From positions 6,018 through 70,017 of IMG/VR virus record IMGVR_UViG_3300038393_000743: 64,000 nt of DNA. One strand, 5' to 3'. The stretch comes from a virus. Its lineage: Duplodnaviria; Caudoviricetes. Both the position numbers and the translations under genes were made by a program. This document shows positions 24,400 through 32,677 of the stretch, in pieces (the first letter of the stretch is position 1; each line of letters begins with the position of its first letter). The notes under the pieces are model-generated. The model had not been told where the DNA came from. It was given only the letters and a program-made list of their open reading frames with translations, and did no database searches.

Positions 24400-24603
24400 A
24401 TGACCAAGGACCAGGAAGACGCCATCTACGCCGCCTACCTCGGGATCTGCGTCCTCCAGACCATGACCCGAAAGGTAGGGCTCAGGATGGCCACAGAGCG
24501 GGCAGGGAGCCTCATCAAGGAGCTGAGCACAGCATTCCCCTTCATTGGGGAACGGGTGGCGTTGAGCGCCCTACGGGCCTCCCAGGCCGGTCAGGGAGAG
24601 TAA
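24400..24603 (+). CDS. Hypothetical protein
   Basis: 67-aa ORF ending 2 nt before terS. Confidence 0.5.
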   Translation: MTKDQEDAIYAAYLGICVLQTMTRKVGLRMATERAGSLIKELSTAFPFIGERVALSALRASQAGQGE

Positions 24604-24605
24604 GC

Positions 24606-25148
24606 ATGCCTCAGTTGAGAGATGTGAAGCGGGAGGCCCTGGCGCAGGGCCTGTTCGCGGGCAAGACCCGGATCCAGGCCTACAAGGACGCTGGCTTCAA
24701 GGGATTGACCACCGGCGCCTCGACCAAGGCCGCGCAGCATCCCGAGGTCCAGGCCCGCGTCGCCGAACTGGTGCGCGAGCGCAATGACGCCCAGCGCGCG
24801 GCCAATGAGCGGATCCTGGAGCAGGAGGGCGTCAGCAAGAAATGGATCATCACCCGGGCCAAGTATGTCACCGACCGGGCAATTCGCGGCACCAAGCAGA
24901 TCGTCGACGACCAGGGCAACGTGACCGGCTGGCAGCCCACCGCGCGCGACGACGGCAACGCGATCAATGCGCTGCGGCTCTTGGCGCAGCTCGGTGGCCA
25001 CCTGATCGAGAAGGTCGAGGTCGGCCAGCCCGGCGACTTCGCGCGCCTGAGCGACGACGAATTGATGCGGGAGCTGGTGCTGGTCGGCGAATCGATCGGC
25101 ATTGCCGGCGAGCAGATCCAAAAAGCGATCACTGGAGGTTCGGAATGA
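24606..25148 (+). CDS. terS: Terminase small subunit
   Basis: REALAQGLFAGKTRIQAYKDAGF...HPEVQARVAEL...ALRLLAQ..G...EKVEV...LSDDEL. Confidence 0.85.
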   Translation: MPQLRDVKREALAQGLFAGKTRIQAYKDAGFKGLTTGASTKAAQHPEVQARVAELVRERNDAQRAANERILEQEGVSKKWIITRAKYVTDRAIRGTKQIVDDQGNVTGWQPTARDDGNAINALRLLAQLGGHLIEKVEVGQPGDFARLSDDELMRELVLVGESIGIAGEQIQKAITGGSE

Positions 25149-25435
25149 CCGTCTACACCAACCTGCTGATGTACAATTTCGACATGCATCAGGTCCGCCT
25201 GACGTTCTTCGACAAAGGCCAGCGCTATGGCCAGCAGGCCGTCCCCAACGGGGAATCCACCGAGCAGGTCGCCGAGCTGGTGATGACGCGGCAGACCTTC
25301 CGGGCCTTCCTGGAGATCCTCAACGGCATGGCGCAGCAGATGCCGCCGATCTCGGTGCATGACCAGGACAAGCCGCCGCCTGCGGACGCTGGTTGGCATA
25401 ACCGCGGTGACCACCTCCACGAGGGGCAGGCATGA
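25145..25435 (+). CDS. DUF3467-like small protein
   Basis: YTN...VRLTFFD...VAELVMTRQTFRAFLEIL pattern. Confidence 0.5.
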   Translation: MTVYTNLLMYNFDMHQVRLTFFDKGQRYGQQAVPNGESTEQVAELVMTRQTFRAFLEILNGMAQQMPPISVHDQDKPPPADAGWHNRGDHLHEGQA

Positions 25436-25674
25436 GCAGCGTGCCCCGGCATCGCGTCATGCGGTGGCTCGACGCCGCCTATTGCCGTGGCGCCTTCGAG
25501 CGCGATGGCTCGCTGGTCGGGCTCAGTGCCGATGCCATCGCCGACGAGATCGCGCGGGACTGGGATGATGCCGGGCAGCGTGGCCGGCTCGAATGGCACA
25601 CCGGCACCAGCGCAGTCGAGGCCGCCGACATCGAGCCGCTGGTGCAGCAATGGCTGGATCGATGCATCGCATGA
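25432..25674 (+). CDS. Hypothetical protein
   Basis: ATGA overlaps; 80 aa. Confidence 0.65.
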   Translation: MSSVPRHRVMRWLDAAYCRGAFERDGSLVGLSADAIADEIARDWDDAGQRGRLEWHTGTSAVEAADIEPLVQQWLDRCIA

Positions 25675-26147
25675 AGTTTCACCGCCCCGCCGCGGTGCTG
25701 AAGTCCAAGGTGCTCACCGAGGCCTACGTCACCAACCTGGAAAGCGAGAACCAAGCGCTGCGCGAGCGCATTGCTATACTGGAAGGCGGCTACGATCTGG
25801 TCCGCGTCGCGTTCGGCCTCACCCGCACGCAAGGGGCGATCTTCAGCCTCTTGGTTAAGCGCGGCTTTGTCTCGCGCGAGCAGCTGCTGACCGTGCTCAC
25901 CCGCGACATCACCGGGCGCAGTCTCGGGCCCGACCCAGACACGATCAGCGTTCACATGGTGCGCCTGCGCCGCATCATGGAAAACTTCGGCATCGTCATA
26001 GAAACCGTGTGGGGCTCCGGCTATAAGATCGGGAGCAAAAGCCGCGCGAAAGCGTTGGCCTGCCTTCAGGAGGCGGAAGATGGGACGTCAGTTCACGAGC
26101 CTGCGCCGGGTGATGGGCGGCTTCCTCCCTCCGCCGCCGGAGCCTGA
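25671..26147 (+). CDS. Coiled-coil + OmpR/PhoB-type (CtrA-like) winged-helix protein with no receiver domain
   Basis: GLTRTQGAIFSLL...VSREQLL...DTISVHMVRLRR...IETVWGSGY. Confidence 0.8.
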   Translation: MKFHRPAAVLKSKVLTEAYVTNLESENQALRERIAILEGGYDLVRVAFGLTRTQGAIFSLLVKRGFVSREQLLTVLTRDITGRSLGPDPDTISVHMVRLRRIMENFGIVIETVWGSGYKIGSKSRAKALACLQEAEDGTSVHEPAPGDGRLPPSAAGA

Positions 26148-26916
26148 AAGAGTTGCGGTGCGGGACGAGGGGGTGGCCGAGACCCTCCGTCACGTCGAGA
26201 TCCTCGGCCGCCTGATCCTACGCACAATTCACAGACTGGAGACACAGATGGCCGACCAGAACGTAACCACCCAACAGATCCTCGACGCGGTGCGCGCCCA
26301 GCGCGGCCAGATTGCTTCGCTCTCGACCCTGATCGGCGGCATCAAGGCCCGGCTCAACGCCGCGCTGGAAGGCCAGATCAGCCCGGACGCCCAGGCCAAG
26401 CTCAACGACATCATGAGCGAGATCCAGGGCAACACCCGCGCCATCACCGACGCGGTCGCCACCAATGACGACGACCCGACCACGGTGGCCTCCGACGGCT
26501 CCGGCGGCCAGACCGGCCCGGCCGAGACCGGCAAGGCTGCGACCTCGACCAGCCTGTCGACCTCGAAGGCGGTGGTGCAGGCCGGCGAGGCGGTCAGCCT
26601 GAGCGCTGGCGTCAGCGCGGCCAGCGGCATCGACAAGCCGATCACCGGCACCGTGACCTTTGCCAGCGAGGGCGAGGAGATCGGCAAGGCCGGGCTCGAT
26701 TCGACCGGCGCCGCAGCGCTGTCGGTCAGCGACCTGCCGGCCGGCGACCATGTGATCACGGCGACCTATGGCGGTGATGCCAACTTCGCCTCCTCGACCT
26801 CGCAGGAGATCACGCAGTCGGTGATGCCGGCGTCGACCGAGACCCCGGCGCCGCAGCCTGAGCCCGCGCCGGCCACCCCGGGAAGCACCGGAGATGCGCC
26901 GCAACCCGTGGCCTGA
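26080..26916 (+). CDS. Coiled-coil protein with a bacterial Ig-like (Big_3) domain; second in-frame start at 26248
   Basis: TSTSLSTS...GEAVSLSAGV...TGTVTF...G.A.LSVSDLPAGDHVITATYGGDANFASSTS; SD upstream of both 26080 and 26248. Confidence 0.8.
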   Translation: MGRQFTSLRRVMGGFLPPPPEPERVAVRDEGVAETLRHVEILGRLILRTIHRLETQMADQNVTTQQILDAVRAQRGQIASLSTLIGGIKARLNAALEGQISPDAQAKLNDIMSEIQGNTRAITDAVATNDDDPTTVASDGSGGQTGPAETGKAATSTSLSTSKAVVQAGEAVSLSAGVSAASGIDKPITGTVTFASEGEEIGKAGLDSTGAAALSVSDLPAGDHVITATYGGDANFASSTSQEITQSVMPASTETPAPQPEPAPATPGSTGDAPQPVA

Positions 26917-26964
26917 TAGTGAGGGAGTGCTGAAGGATCGCCCCCTCGGCACCTCCCTAGACTT

Positions 26965-27002
26965 GGCCCCGCCGGCAGCGATGCTTGCGGGGCTTTTTCT
27001 TT
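26965..27002 (+). terminator. Intrinsic terminator
   Basis: GGCCCCGC/GCGGGGCT stem followed by TTTTTCTTT. Confidence 0.75.
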
Positions 27003-27060
27003 GGTGGTACGCAAGGTGCATCCGATGGCGCACGCACGCACTTGGACATTGGCGAGCCGG

Positions 27061-27096
27061 GGCCCTGCAGCTGCAATGTTGCAGGGCCTTTTCGTT
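27061..27096 (+). terminator. Second intrinsic terminator
   Basis: GGCCCTGCA/TGCAGGGCC stem followed by TTTTCGTT. Confidence 0.7.
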
Positions 27097-27144
27097 GGTG
27101 TATGGTCCGACCCGAGCGGCGCGCGGCCGCGGATGGAGTAGCTG

Positions 27145-27384
27145 ATGCCAGCCCAGAAGATCGAAGATGCGCTCGCCTGCCTGCAAAGCGCGTTTCCCCT
27201 CACCAAGTTCAGGATCGAGAACGGCCAGATCACCTATCCCGGCGGGGTGGTGGCGCAGGGTCTGCTCAACGGCACCTCGCTGGCGATGGTGCGCACCGTC
27301 GGCGCCGCGCTGAAGGCGATCGAGGAGCAGCAGGCCGAGGCCGCGCGCAAGAAAGCCGCCGAGGACGCAGCGCGGGCAGGCTGA
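27145..27384 (+). CDS. Hypothetical protein
   Basis: GGAG RBS; 79 aa. Confidence 0.7.
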   Translation: MPAQKIEDALACLQSAFPLTKFRIENGQITYPGGVVAQGLLNGTSLAMVRTVGAALKAIEEQQAEAARKKAAEDAARAG

Positions 27385-27385
27385 C

Positions 27386-27646
27386 ATGCTCAGTCGTCGC
27401 GGCTTGCTGTTCGGCGCCGCCGCTGTGGCCGCGCCGGCGATCATCCGCCCCGGGCTGCTGATGCCGGTGAAGCAGATGCTGTTGCCGGGTGACGGTGTCG
27501 GCCTTCTGAGCGCAGCGCATCCATGCGGGGCAGTGACGTATGACCTGACCGAGCAGTCGCTCTTGCGCGCCATGGTCGAGGTCTTGCTCGAAGTCCCGCC
27601 GGCTGCTCGTGGGCTTAGGCTGCGGCCACGTTTCATCCACACATGA
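27386..27646 (+). CDS. Twin-arginine-signal micro-protein with a major-capsid-like fragment
   Basis: MLSRRGLLFGAAAVAAPAII; GDGVGLLSAAHP...DLTEQSLLRAMVEV...ARGLRL aligns with the window's own MCP. Confidence 0.65.
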   Translation: MLSRRGLLFGAAAVAAPAIIRPGLLMPVKQMLLPGDGVGLLSAAHPCGAVTYDLTEQSLLRAMVEVLLEVPPAARGLRLRPRFIHT

Positions 27647-29463
27647 TCGCCCCACGCCTCCGCTATGAGCCCCTCAGGGGGCGCCGCAATTCCAGCAGCG
27701 AGCGGCGCAAGATCCCGGCCTACGCGCAGCGCCAGCCCTCGCGCCAGGAGATGGAGCGCTTCCTCGGCCTCGCCGCCGAGGTGCGCCGGCGCCGCGCCAA
27801 GGCCGAGCACAAGATGCGCGGCTATCGCGACGAGAACGGGGAATGGCAGGGAGGGCTGCTGAGCTTCGTCCGCTATTTCTGGCACATTCTGGAGCCGGGC
27901 ACGGAATTCCGCGCTGGATGGGCGCTGGAGGCGCTCTGCGAGCACCTTGAGGCGGTGACCTTCGGCGAGGTGACGAAGCTGCTGATCAACGTGCCGCCCG
28001 GCTTCATGAAATCGCTGCTCACCGACGTGTTCTGGCCGGCCTGGGAATGGGGGCCAATGGAGCTGCCCCACATCCGCTATGTCGCCTTCAGCTATTCGTC
28101 GTCACTGACCGAGCGCGACAATCTTAAGTTCAAGGATCTGATCACCTCGGCCGATTATCAGGCCATGTACGGCGCCAATGCGCCCGAGCTAAAGGACCAG
28201 CAGGTCAAGGTCCGCAAGACCGGCGAAAAGAAGGTCTCGAACTGGCGGCATGGCTGGAAGCTGGCGACCTCGGTCGGCGGCGTCGGCACCGGCGAGCGCG
28301 GCGATCGCGTCATCCTCGACGACCCCCACAACGTCAAGGAAAGCGAATCCGAGGTCACCCGCAAGGAGACGGTGCGCTGGTTCCGGGAATCGATGTCGTC
28401 GCGCCTCAACGACATGGAGACCGGCGCCAAGATCGTGATCATGCAGCGCGTGCATGAGGACGACGTCTCCGGCACCATCATCACGGAGCTGGGCGATTGG
28501 TGCCATCTGCTGATCCCGATGGAGTATGTCTGGGGCTTCGTCGCCGACGAGCGCGGGCCGTGCGTGCCGCCGATGACCGCGATCGGCTGGACCGACCCGC
28601 GCTGGCGCGAGACGCCGGAGGAGTGCGACGGCGAGCTGGCGTGGCCGGAGCGCTTCCCCGAGCGCATCATCCCGTCAATGAAAAAGGACGCCGGGCCCTA
28701 TGCCTGGGCCGGGCAGTACCAGCAGACCCCGAAGGTGCGCGGCGCCGCCATCTTCGAGCAGGAATGGTGGCAGCCCTGGGAGCCGGCCGACGGCAAGTTC
28801 CCGCCGATGTCGTTCGTGCTGGTGTCGGTCGATTCGGCCTTCACCGAGAAGGAGCAGAACGACCCGAGCGCGGCGGTGGTGCTCGGCGTGTTCGAGAACG
28901 AGGACGGCTTCAATCGCGTCATGCTGATGCATGCGTGGCGGCGGCGCCTGCGGTTCTCCTCGCCGAAGATCATCCCGGAGCCGGGCGAGAAGCAGCTGCA
29001 TTTCCGCCAGCGCCAGCAGAAGGCCTGGGGCCTTACCGACTGGGTCGCCGACACCTGCATCCGCTTCAAGGCCGACCGTCTGCTGATCGAAGGCAAGGCC
29101 AGCGGCATCTCGGCGGCGCAGTCGCTGCAGGACAGCCACCCGCGGGCCGGCTGGAGCATCCAGATCGTCGACCCCAAGGGCCTCGACAAGGTGGCGCGCG
29201 CGCTCGCGGTGCAGCCGTCGTTCTCGCAAGGCATGGTCTACGTGCCCTATCCCTTGCGCGAGTGGGGCGAGAAGACGATCGAGGAAATGGCGGTGTTCCC
29301 GAAGGGCCGCTACAAGGATCTCACCGACGCCATGACGCAAGGGATCAAGTTCTTGCGCGACAACGGCATGCTGCGCTCCGACGACGAGGTCCGGATCGAG
29401 CAGCGCGAGGCGCTGTTGCCGAAAAAGAAGCAGAAACCCCTCTACCCAACAGCGAGGTCGTAA
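27643..29463 (+). CDS. terL: Terminase large subunit
   Basis: INVPPGFMKS Walker A, ILDDPH Walker B, IMQRVHEDD coupling motif, VSVDSAF and DLTDAMTQ nuclease motifs. Confidence 0.97.
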   Translation: MIAPRLRYEPLRGRRNSSSERRKIPAYAQRQPSRQEMERFLGLAAEVRRRRAKAEHKMRGYRDENGEWQGGLLSFVRYFWHILEPGTEFRAGWALEALCEHLEAVTFGEVTKLLINVPPGFMKSLLTDVFWPAWEWGPMELPHIRYVAFSYSSSLTERDNLKFKDLITSADYQAMYGANAPELKDQQVKVRKTGEKKVSNWRHGWKLATSVGGVGTGERGDRVILDDPHNVKESESEVTRKETVRWFRESMSSRLNDMETGAKIVIMQRVHEDDVSGTIITELGDWCHLLIPMEYVWGFVADERGPCVPPMTAIGWTDPRWRETPEECDGELAWPERFPERIIPSMKKDAGPYAWAGQYQQTPKVRGAAIFEQEWWQPWEPADGKFPPMSFVLVSVDSAFTEKEQNDPSAAVVLGVFENEDGFNRVMLMHAWRRRLRFSSPKIIPEPGEKQLHFRQRQQKAWGLTDWVADTCIRFKADRLLIEGKASGISAAQSLQDSHPRAGWSIQIVDPKGLDKVARALAVQPSFSQGMVYVPYPLREWGEKTIEEMAVFPKGRYKDLTDAMTQGIKFLRDNGMLRSDDEVRIEQREALLPKKKQKPLYPTARS

Positions 29464-29912
29464 TGAGGTTTGAAGAACGTTTTTGGTTGAAGGTGCAAAA
29501 GGGAAGGAAAGACGAATGCTGGCCGTGGACAGCGTATCGCGACAGAGAGGGCTACGGGCAAATTAGAAATGAGCAGCAGCAGGTTGAGTCCGCTCATCGT
29601 GTCTCATGGCGCCTGCACCACGGTGCCACTGATTTGCGGGTCCTGCATAGTTGCGACAACCCCGGATGCGTGAACCCGGGGCACCTATTCCTGGGGACGC
29701 AAGGGGATAATATGGCCGATAAGGTTGCCAAGGGCAGACAGCGCGGTGGCTCGGCTAATAAGTTGACGGAGAGGCAGGTCTTAGAGGTCCACGCCATGCG
29801 CGCAAACCGGCGTGTGGATATTGCTAGTCGTTTTGGAGTTACGCCGCAGGCGATTTACGACATTCTTAGCGGGAGATCGTGGCCCCACCTTTACGTAGCC
29901 GCGCGGTCGTGA
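29463..29912 (+). CDS. HNH homing endonuclease with C-terminal HTH
   Basis: RFWLKV...CWPWTA...AHRVSW...VLHSCDNPGCVNPGHLFLGTQGDNMAD. Confidence 0.92.
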   Translation: MRFEERFWLKVQKGRKDECWPWTAYRDREGYGQIRNEQQQVESAHRVSWRLHHGATDLRVLHSCDNPGCVNPGHLFLGTQGDNMADKVAKGRQRGGSANKLTERQVLEVHAMRANRRVDIASRFGVTPQAIYDILSGRSWPHLYVAARS

Positions 29913-29963
29913 TAAACGTCAGGCTTACCCCCGTGGTGGGGGCACCTGTACCGGGGGACTGAC

Positions 29964-30296
29964 GTGAAACTTCGCCTGATTGCCTCGATGCTCGTTTTTG
30001 CCGCTCTCGTGCCCGCTGGTGCGTTCGCTGAAGACGCCGCTCCAATCCCGACCCCTGCCGAGCGGCCCGCATCAGCGCCTTCCGCAGCGGCTCCTGCGGC
30101 CCCGCAGAAGTTCTATCTGGAGCTGGAGCAGGCCGACCTCGCCACGCTGTCGCAGGCTCTCAATGAGCTGCCCTATCGGATCGCGGCGCCGCTGTTACTG
30201 AAACTGCAGGGCCAGCTGCAGGCTCAGCAGCAGCTGAAGGAGGCCGCGGACAAGTCGATCAGCGATCCGGTCGAGAAGGCGAAGAAGAGGAAATGA
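29964..30296 (+). CDS. Protein with a Sec-type signal peptide
   Basis: MKLRLIASMLVFAALVPAGAFA-EDAA; LSQALNELPYRIAAPLLLKL motif recalled from small phage proteins. Confidence 0.7.
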   Translation: MKLRLIASMLVFAALVPAGAFAEDAAPIPTPAERPASAPSAAAPAAPQKFYLELEQADLATLSQALNELPYRIAAPLLLKLQGQLQAQQQLKEAADKSISDPVEKAKKRK

Positions 30297-30928
30297 GCGA
30301 CAAGTTCGGCTATCAAGACAAGGTGGCTGCTTGGCCACGACAATGGGCCGATCTCTTCGACAGCAAGGTTTATGCTGACGCCGCGCTCTACGGCACCGGC
30401 TACTCAATCGGTGGCCAGTACGTCCCCATCCACAAGGTGATCGACATGACCAAGGAACTACCCGTCTACATCTCGCACAAGAAGGTCCGCGCGCTGGAGA
30501 TCCGCTCGATCGGCCACTACTCCCAGAAGCCGGACCCCGGCGCGGAGTTGATGCGTGAGATCGTGTTCGCTGACCCCGCCTACGGGTCGATGGATGTCCC
30601 GGCCGAGCTGTTTTCGCGCTACACCCCGATGCCCGGCGACTATTACGTGGTCTACGAGGATGGGTATGCCAGCTTCTCACCGAGGAAGGCGTTCCTGGAG
30701 GGCTACAGCCTCGCCAGTGAGGGCAATGTACTCATGGAGCGGCTCAATGATCTCGCTACCGCGGCCGGCGACACGACCCACGGGAGTACCCCGGAATGGC
30801 TTCTCGCCCACGACTGGATCGCTGGAATTAGGCGCGTTGCCCGCGAGGCCTACGTCACCATCAACAGCCTGAAACACCAACTGGAGACCATCCAACGTGA
30901 AAAAGCCGACCCTGATCAACCCGAATAA
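30293..30928 (+). CDS. Conserved phage hypothetical protein (mosaic)
   Basis: HKKVRALEI...GDYYVVYEDGYASFSPRKAFLEGY motif. Confidence 0.7.
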   Translation: MSDKFGYQDKVAAWPRQWADLFDSKVYADAALYGTGYSIGGQYVPIHKVIDMTKELPVYISHKKVRALEIRSIGHYSQKPDPGAELMREIVFADPAYGSMDVPAELFSRYTPMPGDYYVVYEDGYASFSPRKAFLEGYSLASEGNVLMERLNDLATAAGDTTHGSTPEWLLAHDWIAGIRRVAREAYVTINSLKHQLETIQREKADPDQPE

Positions 30929-31175
30929 CGGCGAGGCCGTCTCGACCCTGTCGCCAGCGCAGCAGGAGTGCATCCAGCTGCTGACCGATGTCTTGGAGAG
31001 CGCCAAGAAGGGCGAGGTGACGTCCTGCATCGTGGTCGCCTGCGGCCTCAACGATTTCGGCACCGCCATGGCCGGCTCGGATGCGCCTCGGCTCAATCTC
31101 GGCCTCGACGTCGCCAAGCAGTCGATCATGCAGCGCGTCACCGGCAACGGGCCGCGCACGGTGCTGCACCGCTGA
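30897..31175 (+). CDS. Hypothetical protein
   Basis: GGAG RBS, GTG start; 92 aa. Confidence 0.7.
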   Translation: MKKPTLINPNNGEAVSTLSPAQQECIQLLTDVLESAKKGEVTSCIVVACGLNDFGTAMAGSDAPRLNLGLDVAKQSIMQRVTGNGPRTVLHR

Positions 31176-31513
31176 TGCGTGTCGTCAACCGAGCCGACTT
31201 CCTGAAGTTGCCGGCAGGAACGATCTACTGCAAGGGTACGCCGTGGGCCTTCTACGGGATCCAAATCAAGGGCGATTCCCTGCCGAACGACTGGATCTTC
31301 CTCGACCCGGCGTGGCCGCAGGCCTTCGACAGCGGCGCTGCGAACGACCTGCTGGAGCAGTCCTTGGCCGATGGATCATCCTTCATCGTCCAGGAGGATT
31401 ATGGCCGCGACGGCTGCTTTGACGACAGCGAGGTGATGCTGATCTTTGAGCAGGCGGATTTACTGGCGCTGCGAGCCAACATTGACGCGGCGCTAAAGGT
31501 CGCCGACCGGTAA
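31175..31513 (+). CDS. Conserved phage hypothetical protein
   Basis: MRVVNRADFLKLPAGTIYCK...GRDGCFD. Confidence 0.7.
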   Translation: MRVVNRADFLKLPAGTIYCKGTPWAFYGIQIKGDSLPNDWIFLDPAWPQAFDSGAANDLLEQSLADGSSFIVQEDYGRDGCFDDSEVMLIFEQADLLALRANIDAALKVADR

Positions 31514-31625
31514 CAACCCAGAGAGAGAGCGAAGATGGGGCCGGGTTCGATCGCCATGCCACCCCGATCGGGGACAACAGGGGTCGACCCGGCCGCCGCT
31601 CTTTGATGTGAGGAGCGAGGAACCC

Positions 31626-31862
31626 ATGAAAGTAGGATCTATCGTATTCGGCCCGAGCAATCTTGTCCCGAACCGCAATTCGGCCAGCGGCTACTCGGTC
31701 GGAGCTCAAGTCAGCAATGCCACTCCATGCAACTGCATCGGCCCTCAGCCCGGAGAGACCAAATGCCCGTGCGCACTGGCCGGTGAAGCTGCGATGGGGC
31801 GGAAGATGATTGACGAGGGCGTGACGATCAACGGCAAGCGCTACCGGCTGGTGCCGGAATAG
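31626..31862 (+). CDS. Cys-motif hypothetical protein
   Basis: CNCIGPQPGETKCPC; GAGGA RBS. Confidence 0.65.
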   Translation: MKVGSIVFGPSNLVPNRNSASGYSVGAQVSNATPCNCIGPQPGETKCPCALAGEAAMGRKMIDEGVTINGKRYRLVPE

Positions 31863-31907
31863 TGGTGCGACGAGGTCACCGCTGACCCCCTAACCCTGGA
31901 GAGACCA

Positions 31908-32099
31908 ATGACCGAGCAACGCAAGTTTGCCTATTGCAAAAATGGCCACCGTTCCACCGTGCCAGAAGATGCATTTTCGACTGAAACAGCATCAACCCAC
32001 GCTTGTCCGATTTGTGGACGCGGAGTCATCGTTGACGATCCCGGCGATCGCCCGCGCGGCGATTATACCGTGTCTGTCGGCCTCGATCCTTTGCCGTAG
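31908..32099 (+). CDS. Zn-ribbon protein
   Basis: CKNGH...CPICG; GGAG RBS. Confidence 0.65.
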   Translation: MTEQRKFAYCKNGHRSTVPEDAFSTETASTHACPICGRGVIVDDPGDRPRGDYTVSVGLDPLP

Positions 32100-32114
32100 A
32101 TGAGGAGAGTGAGC

Positions 32115-32252
32115 ATGCACTGGGGTAAGAGCCGAGAGAACGGAATCTGGTTCGCCAAGGTGTCGGACTGGCGCCTGATGTTTTTCAATCATGACGCTCT
32201 TTACATCGCCGCCGGCCGACTGCGCCTGCGCCTGATGAAGCAGGTACGGTAG
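32115..32252 (+). CDS. Micro-ORF (45 aa)
   Basis: Manual translation MHWGKSRENGIWFAKVSDWRLMFFNHDALYIAAGRLRLRLMKQVR; GAGGAG RBS. Confidence 0.55.
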   Translation: MHWGKSRENGIWFAKVSDWRLMFFNHDALYIAAGRLRLRLMKQVR

Positions 32253-32265
32253 TGAGACGAGATGC

Positions 32266-32403
32266 ATGACTAAGTTTTACGTCTATTCGTATGACCGCCC
32301 AGGACTCATCATTTGGGCAAACAGCCAGCGCGAAGCTCGACACCTCTATGTAACCAGGAGCGGCAGCGCCAGAGCTGTCTACGTCATGGCAATCGAGGCA
32401 TAA
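32266..32403 (+). CDS. Micro-ORF (45 aa)
   Basis: Manual translation MTKFYVYSYDRPGLIIWANSQREARHLYVTRSGSARAVYVMAIEA. Confidence 0.45.
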   Translation: MTKFYVYSYDRPGLIIWANSQREARHLYVTRSGSARAVYVMAIEA

Positions 32404-32423
32404 CCACTGTGGCGGGGCAATAA

Positions 32424-32549
32424 ATGATCCCATGGCGCTTCGTGCTCTGGTTGCAGAATCGTCCCTACCGATGGATCATCATCCTGTTCCTGTTTCGGCG
32501 AGCCGAAATCATTCGGCGACGCTGTGACGCGATCAGGGGTGGGGGATGA
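32424..32549 (+). CDS. Basic hydrophobic micro-ORF (41 aa)
   Basis: Manual translation MIPWRFVLWLQNRPYRWIIILFLFRRAEIIRRRCDAIRGGG. Confidence 0.4.
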   Translation: MIPWRFVLWLQNRPYRWIIILFLFRRAEIIRRRCDAIRGGG

Positions 32550-32665
32550 AGCGGAATTTCGGACTGCGCAGTCGGATCGAGCCGGCCGAGATGGGAGCCG
32601 GCGCCGTCTGGGTGATTTTCGTCGCGACAATTATCGTGGTATGGCTGGCCTTCATTCACCCATGA
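32546..32665 (+). CDS. Single-TM micro-ORF (39 aa)
   Basis: Manual translation MKRNFGLRSRIEPAEMGAGAVWVIFVATIIVVWLAFIHP; ATGA overlap. Confidence 0.5.
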   Translation: MKRNFGLRSRIEPAEMGAGAVWVIFVATIIVVWLAFIHP

Positions 32666-32677
32666 GGGGGGCCGAAG

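Noticed and set aside
31538-31600. GGTTCGA-containing stem that might be a tRNA fragment
   Set aside because: Folds as one long imperfect hairpin (GGCCGGGT...ACCCGGCC) with no D- or anticodon-arm spacing; probably a terminator or processing stem
32185-32630. Minus-strand ORFs 32185-32433 and 32379-32630
   Set aside because: Antisense to the late operon with no RBS; plus-strand micro-ORFs with coupled starts explain the region better
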